From Aeropyrum pernix K1 (lineage in GTDB: Archaea > Thermoproteota > Thermoprotei_A > Sulfolobales > Acidilobaceae): 32,000 bases of DNA. The notes under the pieces were generated by a model. It did no database searches and was not told the origin of the DNA. It worked only from the letters and a program-made list of their open reading frames with translations. This document shows positions 21,064-29,588 of the stretch, in pieces. Location: positions 1,050,001 through 1,082,000 of the forward strand of contig NC_000854.2 in assembly GCF_000011125.1 (NCBI RefSeq). The letters are read 5' to 3'. Within the stretch, counting starts at the first letter, position 1. Each line of letters opens with the position of its first letter. The translations under genes and the position numbers were made by a program.

Positions 21064-21567
21064 CTACATATAGCCCTCATCGACGCCCCTGGGTGCCCTG
21101 ACAGTCTGGGATAGCTGGTTCAGCTTTAAAACGGTGACGAGGAACATGTTGACCAGGGTCACAGAGGCATCAATAAGAGACTGTCTAGTTAGGCTGTCCG
21201 AGTATAGCTCTCTAGATATCAGTATGGTCTGTAGATCCCTGGGGTTCGGCTGCGCTATAACCCTACAGTGGGGGCACAGAGCTATCAAGTCTCTCACCAG
21301 CGATACGGCGAACTCCTCCCTAGCACCGGGCCCTAGCTTCGAAAGCGCCTCCCTATGCTTCTGCGAGAGAGCTATACCTATGGTGACAGCCACCACATCC
21401 CTCCCACGCGGCTTCTGTATAACCAGAGCCACCTTAACTGGCGCCTGTGTCTCGGCCTTGATGGCCCAGTCGAGAGGGGCGTTTTTTGGGAGGCTCTTCA
21501 CACTCACGTTGAACTCGTCAGCCAGCCACGCCAGGATCTTGTTCTTCAAGTCTAAAGGCTCATCCAC
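21064..21567 (-). CDS. Uncharacterised conserved archaeal-type protein (167 aa)
   Basis: 'LKNKILAWLADEFNVSVKSLPKNAPLDWAIKAE...VKVALVIQKPRGRDVVAVTIGIALSQKHREAL'; overlaps the 5' neighbour by 16 nt, suggesting coupled translation. Confidence 0.65.
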   Translation of the reverse strand: MDEPLDLKNKILAWLADEFNVSVKSLPKNAPLDWAIKAETQAPVKVALVIQKPRGRDVVAVTIGIALSQKHREALSKLGPGAREEFAVSLVRDLIALCPHCRVIAQPNPRDLQTILISRELYSDSLTRQSLIDASVTLVNMFLVTVLKLNQLSQTVRAPRGVDEGYM

Positions 21568-22358
21568 TCCCGATCACCCAGTATTCCAGTCTGCTCTCTC
21601 TCGACCCTCCTTATTAGGGCTGGCCCCGTTTTCAGCAGGAAGTCCTCCGCCTCGCCCACTTCACGATAACCCGCAACGAGCCTGGGATCGGCTGGAAGCC
21701 CAACCCTGCCTAAGCTTCCCTTAGCCAGCAGCCATAGCCTAAATCCTCCTGAAGAAACGATAGACTCTAGACCACCTGGGTCGAGGGTGCCCCCGCGCGC
21801 CCACCACAGCTCCCTGACAAAACCTATGGCCAGTGCCCTGGCCAGCTTGCCGCTCCACTCGCTATAAAGCTCGCTGGCCCTGGCCTCGACAGATTTGAGT
21901 ACGTCACGGGGGTTCAAGCCGGAGAGGGGGCTCCTCACAGCGGCTGACGCTAGGCTCACGTCCAGAACAGGCTCTAGGCTTTGAGAAAGCACGGCGATGC
22001 TCGAGGCTAGGCTGCTGTGAAGAATAGTCTCCATGAAGGCTTCAACCGGATCGCCAACATCTATCTTAGACCCTTTGACGGCAGACTCTATTACAACGGG
22101 GTCAACAGGGTCTCCAGCGAGGACCTCACCATCGAAAAGGACCCAGGGCACGCTCCATATGAGGCGTCCGCGCTCGTCCAGGGGGGCCTTTGCCTCGACT
22201 ATCTCCACCCTCTCTAGGAGGCCCTTCTCTCTTAGGCCTCTGAAGAGGCTGTAGCTCGAGGCGCACGTCTTGTGCACATAAATCTTAACCCTTATCCCCT
22301 GCAAAAGCAACCCCTTACCCAGGGGGTATGAATTAGAGTTTTTAGCACTAAACCCCAT
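21552..22358 (-). CDS. Thioredoxin-fold N-terminus fused to an uncharacterised helical domain; likely true start TTG near 22304
   Basis: 'VKIYVHKTCASSYSLFRGLREKGLLERVEIVEAKAP...WSVPWVLFDGEVLAGDPVD': beta-alpha-beta with a CxxS motif and a 'VPW' cis-Pro-like site. Confidence 0.65.
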   Translation of the reverse strand: MGFSAKNSNSYPLGKGLLLQGIRVKIYVHKTCASSYSLFRGLREKGLLERVEIVEAKAPLDERGRLIWSVPWVLFDGEVLAGDPVDPVVIESAVKGSKIDVGDPVEAFMETILHSSLASSIAVLSQSLEPVLDVSLASAAVRSPLSGLNPRDVLKSVEARASELYSEWSGKLARALAIGFVRELWWARGGTLDPGGLESIVSSGGFRLWLLAKGSLGRVGLPADPRLVAGYREVGEAEDFLLKTGPALIRRVEREQTGILGDREWMSL

Positions 22359-22392
22359 ACTTTAACAGTGGTTAAAATAAGGGTGGACTGTT

Positions 22393-23154
22393 ATGGGTCT
22401 CGAGGTTAAAGGCCTGACGGCCAAGATCGGGGAGAAAGTTGTGTTGAACAAGGTCGACTTCGACCTCAAATATGGGGAAGTGCACGCGGTAATGGGCCCC
22501 AACGGCAGCGGCAAGTCGAGCCTCGGCTACGTTATAATGGGTAGGGAGATATATGAGGTTGTAGAGGGAGACATCCTCCTCGACGGCGAGAGTATAAAGG
22601 AGCTTCCTCCCGAGGAGCGGGCGCTCAAAGGCATCTTCATGGCGCAGCAGGACCCGCCTCAGATACCGGGTGTAAGGCTGAGTAGCCTCATAATAGCGTT
22701 CGTTAACAAACGCCTAGGCGCCCAGGACCTCAGCAAGCCCGCGGACCCCAAAATCGTCAAGAGGATGTACGAGTACGCCACAAAACTTGGCCTGGACAGG
22801 GAGATCCTGAACCGGGAGGTGAACGTGGGCTTCAGCGGTGGAGAGAAGAAGAGGAGCGAGCTACTTCAGGCTATGATATTCGACCCGAAAATCGTGATAC
22901 TCGACGAGCCCGACTCCGGTCTTGACATTGACGGTCTAAAGATAGTTGCGGAGTTTATAAAGCAGCTTAGAGACTCGGGGAGGGGTGTAATGCTAATCAC
23001 ACACTACGCCCGCCTCCTAAACTTTGTCGAGCCCGACAGGGTTACAGTGCTCTACAGAGGCTCTGTGCTGGCGAGGGGCGGAGCGGAGCTGGCTAGACAG
23101 GTTGAGGAGAAAGGGTACGCACAGCTCTACAGAATGCTGGCTAAGAGCAGGTAG
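22393..23154 (+). CDS. sufC: Fe-S cluster assembly ATPase SufC
   Basis: 'VMGPNGSGKSSLGYVIMGREIYEVVEGDILLDGESIKELPPEERALKGIFMAQQDPPQIPGV', 'NVGFSGGEKKRSELLQAMIFDPKIVILDEPDSGLDIDGL'. Confidence 0.97.
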   Translation: MGLEVKGLTAKIGEKVVLNKVDFDLKYGEVHAVMGPNGSGKSSLGYVIMGREIYEVVEGDILLDGESIKELPPEERALKGIFMAQQDPPQIPGVRLSSLIIAFVNKRLGAQDLSKPADPKIVKRMYEYATKLGLDREILNREVNVGFSGGEKKRSELLQAMIFDPKIVILDEPDSGLDIDGLKIVAEFIKQLRDSGRGVMLITHYARLLNFVEPDRVTVLYRGSVLARGGAELARQVEEKGYAQLYRMLAKSR

Positions 23155-23222
23155 AGGGATATATGTGACGATAAAAGGGGGGTGCGCCATAGTTTATTTA
23201 ACGGGGTTAAAGGTGGTGTGTC

Positions 23223-24653
23223 ATGGGTGAGATGGTAGAGCTTAAGAAAGAGCTCTTGAGGGATGTGGATCTCGCAGAGCGTCTCCTGGGGAGGGAGAGG
23301 CCTGTTAAGAGTGAGATCGAGATCAGGGGTAAGATCACTAGGAGCACTATAGAAGAGATAAGCAGGATTAAAAAGGAGCCGGAGTGGATGAAGAGGCTGA
23401 GGCTAAGGAGCCTAGAGCTCTTCTATAAGCTGCCCACGCCGAAGTGGCTGGTAGGCATAGATGTTATAGATCTTGACGAGATGATAGTTTACTCGAAGCC
23501 CGAGACTGAAAGGGCTTCGAGCTGGGAGGAGCTTCCGAAGGAGATTAGAGAGTTCTATGAGAGGCTAGGCCTGCCCGAGATAGAGGCCAGGTTCCTGAGC
23601 GGCCTGAGTGCGGTTTTCGACAGCGAGACGGTATATGCCAGGGTGAAGAAGTATCTCGAGGAGAAGGGCGTCATAGTAATGCCCATCGAGGAGGCTGTCC
23701 AGAAGTATCCTGACCTGGTTAAAAGGTATTTCATGAGAGTCTTCCCGCCGAGCGACCACAAGTTCGCGGCACTCCACGGCGCACTGTGGAGCGGGGGCAC
23801 CTTCATATATGTGCCGCGCGGCGTTAAGATCAGGGAGCCCATAGAGAGCTTCTTCCTTATAGGCAAGAGTGGAGAGGGCCAGTTCGAGCACAGCCTCATA
23901 GTGGCTGATGAGGGGGCCTATGTTGAGTGGATCGAGGGGTGCAGCGCCCCGAGGCTGACAAAGTTTAGCTTCCACGACGGCATGGTGGAGGCTTACGCCC
24001 ACAGGAACGCCACTATAAAGATCATAACTGTTCAGAACTGGAGCAAGGACGTGATAAACCTGAACAACAAGAGGGCTATAGCAGAGGAGGGCGCCAGGGT
24101 AGACTGGGTTGAGGGCAGCATCGGGAGCAAGATGACTTTCGTCTACCCAAGCACTATACTTAAGGGTGACAACAGCTCTAGTAGGAGCGCTGTGGTGACT
24201 ATAGCCAAGGGCCCCTACCTAAAGGACAGTGGAAGCAAGATGATTCATGTCGGCAGGAATACGAGGAGCCAGGTGATAAATAAGACGATAAGCGCTGACG
24301 GCGGCATCAACGTCTACAGAGGCATAATAAGGATAGTCAAGGGGGCGAGGAACGCCGTAGCTAACGTGGAGTGTGAGTCACTGATACTCGACGACAAGAG
24401 CAAGGCCCACACCTACCCGCATAACCAGGTGGACGAGCCCACGGCCAGCGTTAACCATGAAGCAACAACAGGGAGGTTGACAGAGCCGCAGCTCTTCTAT
24501 CTAACAAGCAGAGGTTTGACCGAGGAGGAGGCTAAGAGTCTGATAGTGCTCGGCTTCCTGGAGGACGTGCTTAAGGAGCTTCCGTTCGAGTACGCTAATG
24601 TGCTGACGAAGGTTGTAAGGCTCGAGTTCAGCGAGTATGGCGCATTCGGCTAG
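23223..24653 (+). CDS. sufB: Fe-S cluster assembly protein SufB
   Basis: 'VYPSTILKGDNSSSRSAVVTIAKGPYLKDSGSKMIHVGRNTRSQVINKTISADGGINVYRGIIRI...NVECESLILDDKSKAHTYPHNQV...NHEATTGRLTEPQLFYLTSRGLTEEEAKSLIVLGFLEDVLKELP'. Confidence 0.97.
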   Translation: MGEMVELKKELLRDVDLAERLLGRERPVKSEIEIRGKITRSTIEEISRIKKEPEWMKRLRLRSLELFYKLPTPKWLVGIDVIDLDEMIVYSKPETERASSWEELPKEIREFYERLGLPEIEARFLSGLSAVFDSETVYARVKKYLEEKGVIVMPIEEAVQKYPDLVKRYFMRVFPPSDHKFAALHGALWSGGTFIYVPRGVKIREPIESFFLIGKSGEGQFEHSLIVADEGAYVEWIEGCSAPRLTKFSFHDGMVEAYAHRNATIKIITVQNWSKDVINLNNKRAIAEEGARVDWVEGSIGSKMTFVYPSTILKGDNSSSRSAVVTIAKGPYLKDSGSKMIHVGRNTRSQVINKTISADGGINVYRGIIRIVKGARNAVANVECESLILDDKSKAHTYPHNQVDEPTASVNHEATTGRLTEPQLFYLTSRGLTEEEAKSLIVLGFLEDVLKELPFEYANVLTKVVRLEFSEYGAFG

Positions 24654-24700
24654 ACTATGGGTAACACAAAGTTGCTGAGGGTTTTAGAGCGTGGTGAGCC

Positions 24701-25876
24701 ATGGCTTCCAGTATTATAGCTAGAGAGGAACTTAGGAAGCTCGTTAAGGAGCTTCCCTTCCAGGAGATAGCCGATACACCCACGGTCAAGTACTACACCG
24801 ACTGGAAGGTCTACGAGAAGCTGATGGACCTTGACTACGCAGAGTCGGTGGACACTCTTCCAGAGCATATAGCTAGGAGTATACAGCATAAGCCTGCAAT
24901 CCACCTGGGAAGCGACTTAACAGTTGGTGTGCTGCCTAAGGGTGTCAAAGCAGAGAAGTTCGACCTAGAGACGGCGGCCAGCATGGAGGGTCTCAAGCCT
25001 TTCACCCTCGTCAGAGCTGACGGAGGTAGGATGCAGGCGTATCACGCCCTCCGGTTTAACCTCGGTGTGAAGATTACGGTAGAGCCGGGCACGGATTTCG
25101 GGAGCCTCGCTATAGCAAGCCTCGGCGGCCAGGGCTACCTGGGCCACCATGTAGTTATCGAGGTGGGCGAGGGTGCTAAGGGCGAGATAATCTACATAGA
25201 CTACAGTGTCTCCCCTGGTTTGAAGACCACCGTTGTGGAGGCCAGGATGGGTCGGGACGCGGAGGTCGAGGTGACCAATATAGTCCTTCATGGTAGTAGA
25301 AGCGCCGTTTACACGCTACGAGGCTTCGAGGTCCTCGACAAAGCATCTCTAGAACAGTACTACCTGATAAGCGGGGGCCGGATGACCAGGTTCCAGGATG
25401 ACAACCTGCTCGACGGCAGGCTATCCAGCCTAAAGGCTCTGGCCAGTACAGTTGCTAGGCCCAACACGGCCAGCGATGTCATAATAAGTAGCCTCCACAA
25501 CGGTCCCGAGAGCGATGGAGAGGTTAGGGCAAGGGGTGTTGTAGTGGGCAACGGCTATCTAGCCCAGCGTGGTGTAGCGATGCTGGGCGAAACCGCTAGG
25601 CTAGCAGCCTCCGAGGTGGAGAGCTATATATTTCTGTTGAGCGAGAAGGGCAAGGGGTACGCCGTGCCAGTGCTTGAGATACACACGGGAGAGATAACCA
25701 GGGCGGGCCACTCTGCCGCCGTAGCCAGCCTTGCTGAGGACACGATATTCTATCTAAAGAGCAGGGGCCTCGACGATAAGGATATAGTAACACTGGTAAT
25801 GGAGGGTATAACGAGGTTCTCAGGCGTCCTCGAGAAGATGGAAATACCTTTCAACTGGCTCATAAACCTTGAATAG
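24701..25876 (+). CDS. sufD: SufD-like Fe-S cluster assembly scaffold paralogue
   Basis: SufB/D beta-helix core: 'VVGNGYLAQRGVAMLGETARLAASEVESYIFLLSEKGKGYAVPVLEIHTGEITRAGHSAAVASLAEDTIFYLKSRGLDDKDIVTLVMEGI'. Confidence 0.93.
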   Translation: MASSIIAREELRKLVKELPFQEIADTPTVKYYTDWKVYEKLMDLDYAESVDTLPEHIARSIQHKPAIHLGSDLTVGVLPKGVKAEKFDLETAASMEGLKPFTLVRADGGRMQAYHALRFNLGVKITVEPGTDFGSLAIASLGGQGYLGHHVVIEVGEGAKGEIIYIDYSVSPGLKTTVVEARMGRDAEVEVTNIVLHGSRSAVYTLRGFEVLDKASLEQYYLISGGRMTRFQDDNLLDGRLSSLKALASTVARPNTASDVIISSLHNGPESDGEVRARGVVVGNGYLAQRGVAMLGETARLAASEVESYIFLLSEKGKGYAVPVLEIHTGEITRAGHSAAVASLAEDTIFYLKSRGLDDKDIVTLVMEGITRFSGVLEKMEIPFNWLINLE

Positions 25877-25941
25877 CTTGAATAGGATAGTCAGTGTTGG
25901 AGAAAATTGGAAGAATAAAGATATGTTTTGAAGGGAGGCTG

Positions 25942-28317
25942 CTACTCTCCCAGCCTCTGTCTAGCCTCTTCTAGCTTCATTTCAGCCTCGTTTAGCAGAT
26001 CCTCAGCCTGGCCTATAGCTTCTCTAGCCTCGCCCAGCTTTCCATCACCCAGTTTGTCCGTAGCATCCTGCAGCTTCTCAATAGCCTCTTCAATATTACT
26101 TCTCGCCTCTTCTATCAGGCGTAGAGCCTCCCTATCTCCCATTCTCCTCGCCTTGGCTTCAAGCATGGCTGCCTCTGTGTTGAGTTCAGCAGCCTTCTCC
26201 CGAAGCTCCTCTATTAGCCTCCTCAATTCATCTATTAGATCTCCTATTGCCTGCTCCACCATACTCCTTATATCCCTCACCATTGATACAGCCTCTTCTA
26301 TTACATCTCTGGCTTCTCCGAGCTTTTGTCTTGCACCATCTATATCACCCTCTTTCGCGAGGCTATCAGCCTCCTCTAGAAGACTCCTGGCCTGGTCGAG
26401 CTTCCCAAGGACCTCATCTATAGCTGCCTGTATCTCTTCAGTTAGTACACCAGCCTCTCTAGCCTTCTCTGCTATATCCTCGATCTCCTCCTGTAAATCT
26501 TTCACCCTGTCAAGCAGCTCTTCCACCTGGTTGAGGACCTCGGAAACGGCTTCCTGAGCGGCTTCAATAGCTTTCTCCGCAAGCTCCTTGGCTTCTTCAG
26601 CGATTGAAGCTGCTTCCTCGGCCAGCACTATAGCCTCGCCATAACGGCCATTACTGTAAGCCTCCTTCGCCGCTTCAAGCTTCTCCTTCGCCTCCTCCAG
26701 CCTGTTTAGAGCCTCTTCAACAGCCTCAGATCCTGATAGCTGGGCTGCCAGCTGGAGCTTCGCCTCAGCTTTAGCCAGCGCCTCCTCAGCCTCCTCTATA
26801 GCCTCCCTAGCCCGCTCCGCATATTCTTCGACCACCTCTAGTATAGCTTCAGCTGTATCGAGTTTGCTGTCGGCCTTTTCTAGGGCAGCCTCTGCCTGGG
26901 CTATCTTCTCCTTAGCCTCTGCAATCCTCCCCTCGTCCAGCAGGCTCCTCGCCTCTGCTAGCAGGGAAGAGGCTCTATCTATGAGAGCCCCAGCTTCATC
27001 CAGTATCTCCTGTACTTCGCCCTGGTTCGCACTGGCAGCCTTCTGCTGTAGCGTCTCGAGCTCCTCCATGAGCTCCCCGATTTCAATCTCAACCTCCGTT
27101 AACTCTGCAAGAACCTCTGCTGCTTCCGTCTCCTCAGCTTCCCTGGTAGTTGTAGTCGTTATGGTAGTGATGGTAGTCTCTGTTGCTGTTTCCACTGCCG
27201 TCCCAGTCTCGGTGGTCGGGCCGCTGAGGAGAATTACCTCTGCTGCCGAGGCTAGGGCCTGGGCCTTGGATAGGTAGCCTTGCGCTCTTGCAATCTCTCT
27301 CATTACCTCGCCAACCTTAGCTCCTTCTTGTAGGAGAATGTAAGCCCTGTCAAGCCTCTCCCTGGCCTTCGCAAGGGCTTCTTCAGCCTCCTCCAATAGC
27401 TTCTGCGCCTCAGGGTTTTGGTCAAGCTCAGCGCCGTACTCCCCTTTTATCGCCTCTATCTTGGCACCAACTTCCTGATAGATTGCCTCGAGCTTCTGCA
27501 ATCTAGCCTCCATTATCTTCTGGACTACAGCCTTACCAACACCGCTCCCGTGGTCTCCAAGAGTCGAAGTAGAGGCTGCTACACTTTCTAATATAGACCT
27601 TGCCAAGAGTATACCGCTGAGAGCGCTGTCAAGGGCTGCCTCCACCTCGCCACCATCTTCGGCCTCAATCTCCGCCTTCAACGTCTCGAGCTTGGAAGCG
27701 ACTTCGCCCAGTATTTCTATAGCACGCTCTACACCCACAGCCTGAGTAGAGCCGACTGCCGCTACCTCTATCGCACCAGCCGATTCAACTGCAGCCTCTA
27801 CAGCGACGAGTATGTCTACAGCTTTACCTGGGTCGCCCCTCGCAGCCTCTCTTAGGGCTTTCGCGAGATCAAGCAGTATAGGATCTCCCTTATCCTTCCC
27901 CAGCTTCTCGAGAACTAGTGATGCCCTTGCCAAAACCTCCCTTGTCTTAACCTGCTTGACCGCCTCATCGTCAATCCTCTCTGCTATTAAAAGTCCTATC
28001 TTTTCATTAATTGCCATTCCTAGCTCCGCGAGCCTCTCTGCCTCGCTGGGCGAAAGAGAACGTACATCTTCCAACGAGGCTATCTCCTCCACAATCTCCC
28101 TTTCATCTTCACTCAGCATCTGCAATAGCCAGGCATGCCTCTCTAGGACAAGCTTGAAATTTATAGAGAGGACCTCTAGGGCTATATATGGGCTAACGCT
28201 GAGATCTACATTAGCACCCCTGTTTTCCTGTGCTACTGCAACGGCTGGGGCCACGGTTGGTAGTAGTATAGCAAACACTAGTGCAACCCCAACCAGTCTC
28301 AAAACGCTAACACTCAT
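25942..28317 (-). CDS. Large secreted Ala/Glu/Leu-rich double coiled-coil protein (791 aa), unknown function
   Basis: Signal peptide 'LRLVGVALVFAILLPTVAPAVAVAQE', a coiled-coil block, then a Thr/Glu linker 'TETGTAVETATETTITTITTTTTREAEETE' and a second long coiled-coil block ending 'LEEARQRLGE' with no C-terminal TM. Confidence 0.9.
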   Translation of the reverse strand: MSVSVLRLVGVALVFAILLPTVAPAVAVAQENRGANVDLSVSPYIALEVLSINFKLVLERHAWLLQMLSEDEREIVEEIASLEDVRSLSPSEAERLAELGMAINEKIGLLIAERIDDEAVKQVKTREVLARASLVLEKLGKDKGDPILLDLAKALREAARGDPGKAVDILVAVEAAVESAGAIEVAAVGSTQAVGVERAIEILGEVASKLETLKAEIEAEDGGEVEAALDSALSGILLARSILESVAASTSTLGDHGSGVGKAVVQKIMEARLQKLEAIYQEVGAKIEAIKGEYGAELDQNPEAQKLLEEAEEALAKARERLDRAYILLQEGAKVGEVMREIARAQGYLSKAQALASAAEVILLSGPTTETGTAVETATETTITTITTTTTREAEETEAAEVLAELTEVEIEIGELMEELETLQQKAASANQGEVQEILDEAGALIDRASSLLAEARSLLDEGRIAEAKEKIAQAEAALEKADSKLDTAEAILEVVEEYAERAREAIEEAEEALAKAEAKLQLAAQLSGSEAVEEALNRLEEAKEKLEAAKEAYSNGRYGEAIVLAEEAASIAEEAKELAEKAIEAAQEAVSEVLNQVEELLDRVKDLQEEIEDIAEKAREAGVLTEEIQAAIDEVLGKLDQARSLLEEADSLAKEGDIDGARQKLGEARDVIEEAVSMVRDIRSMVEQAIGDLIDELRRLIEELREKAAELNTEAAMLEAKARRMGDREALRLIEEARSNIEEAIEKLQDATDKLGDGKLGEAREAIGQAEDLLNEAEMKLEEARQRLGE

Positions 28318-28508
28318 GTTATCCCACCTCAGAGCTTCCGCAAAACCGGGTAAACTTGGTTCCTAATTTAAAACCCCCTGGAACAACAGCTTTAGCGCCT
28401 GGTTCCACCTGGTGTGGGAACGTTCCGCTACTCGGGAAGTTTCGGGTTTGTAGCTATTCTTATTAAAATCTTGCACCCAACAAGAGGACCCCCTGGGGTG
28501 TTCCCAGC
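28318..28508. promoter_or_regulatory. Divergent intergenic control region with multiple GGAAC/GTTCC half-sites
   Basis: GTTCC/GGAAC at 28359-28363, 28380-28384, 28402-28406, 28417-28421, 28422-28426 and 28500-28504. TATA-like 'tttaaaa' (28367-28373) and 'tattaaaatc' (28461-28470). Confidence 0.55.
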
Positions 28509-29468
28509 ATGCTACTGGTGAAGAAGGCACAAGCCGGGAGGGCAATTGTGTTAGTCCTACTAATGGTTATCGCAGTACTGGCAGTCGGTCAACTCGCATT
28601 GGCCCAACAGGAAGCCTCTATAAATAGCGTTGAAGTCACCATTAGAGGGGATGGAGTAGCGGAGGCTAGAGTCCAAGCTGAGGCCGGGCCTGGTTTAGCG
28701 AGCATAGAACTGCCCGCGCCTCCTATAGTCACTACCATATTAGTTACTACCGCTGACGGGAATAGTATCCCGCCCATAGTTGAGGGGAACACGTTAATAG
28801 TCCCTCTAGAGGAGAAGACTTCGCTGGAAGTGTCATATATTGTGGATACAAAGGCTAACAATGGCGTGTTTAGCTTTGATGTTACCCCTCCTGGAGTGCC
28901 TGTGAAGCTTATCCTCGAACAGGGAATCATACTCTTAGGTCTTCCCTCCGGCATAACCTCCTACGATAAAAAGGATGGTACTCTAGAGATACTGTTCAGC
29001 GAGCCCTCAACCATCTCGTATGTCCCCGCAGAATATGCTGGAACCCAGCCAGCTGAGACGGCGACTGATGGAGGGGGTGAGGGAACAGGTACCGTAACAA
29101 CAGGAGCAGCTGAAACAACTGGAGTAAAGGGATCCTGGCAAATAGCAGCTGCCATCATCCTTGCCGCCGTTATAATAATAGCGGGAGGTGCGGTGCTCTA
29201 CATGTACAGGAAGAAGAGCGGTGGAAACGGTGTTGACGCGGTTGTGACGTCCCTAGACTCTACCGATAAGCTCATTCTTGATACTCTGAAAAACGCTGGA
29301 GGCACATCCGAGCAGCCAGCCCTACTCAAGGCCACCGGCCTCCCTAAATCTACGCTTTGGAGGAGGCTGAGAAAGCTCGAGGCTATGGGGTACGTCAGGA
29401 TTATCAAGAAAGGTAAGTCAAATGTCGTAGAGCTTGTGAAACATTACGAGAAGGAACAGGAGGAATAG
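28509..29468 (+). CDS. Membrane-anchored winged-HTH regulator with an extracytoplasmic beta-rich domain (COG2512-like architecture)
   Basis: N-terminal signal/TM 'IVLVLLMVIAVLAVGQLALAQ', ectodomain, Thr/Gly-rich linker, TM 'WQIAAAIILAAVIIIAGGAVLYMYRKK', cytoplasmic wHTH 'LDSTDKLILDTLKNAGGTSEQPALLKATGLPKSTLWRRLRKLEAMGYVRIIKKGKSNVVEL'. Confidence 0.88.
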   Translation: MLLVKKAQAGRAIVLVLLMVIAVLAVGQLALAQQEASINSVEVTIRGDGVAEARVQAEAGPGLASIELPAPPIVTTILVTTADGNSIPPIVEGNTLIVPLEEKTSLEVSYIVDTKANNGVFSFDVTPPGVPVKLILEQGIILLGLPSGITSYDKKDGTLEILFSEPSTISYVPAEYAGTQPAETATDGGGEGTGTVTTGAAETTGVKGSWQIAAAIILAAVIIIAGGAVLYMYRKKSGGNGVDAVVTSLDSTDKLILDTLKNAGGTSEQPALLKATGLPKSTLWRRLRKLEAMGYVRIIKKGKSNVVELVKHYEKEQEE

Positions 29469-29588
29469 CCGTCTATAAGAGCTTAGGCTAAAAGCTTCCT
29501 ACGACCTATGGATATATACTTTAGGGGTTACTCTAGTAAACAACTCCACATTTAAATATTGTAAATTTGGCTACTGTGGTGGTTCCTC

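Noticed and set aside
21134-21724. 196-aa plus-strand ORF opposite the uncharacterised minus-strand cluster
   Set aside because: Spans two minus-strand ORFs without domain signal. The minus-strand frames look more protein-like, although confidence is moderate because those genes are themselves uncharacterised.
23223-25876. SufB and SufD as a tandem duplication artefact
   Set aside because: They are ordinary distant paralogues. SufB keeps its family-specific regions, and lengths and sequences differ clearly.
25928-28366. Long plus-strand ORFs (25928..26557, 26864..27277, 27812..28366) opposite the coiled-coil gene
   Set aside because: Their Ser/Ala/Leu-rich sequences are mirror images of the Glu/Ala/Lys-rich coding strand. 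The signal peptide, heptads and codon bias support the minus-strand gene only.
28400-28406. The 'GGTTCC' near 28400 as the T-arm of a tRNA
   Set aside because: No acceptor stem, anticodon arm or GGTTCRANNCC consensus; it sits in a divergent promoter region.
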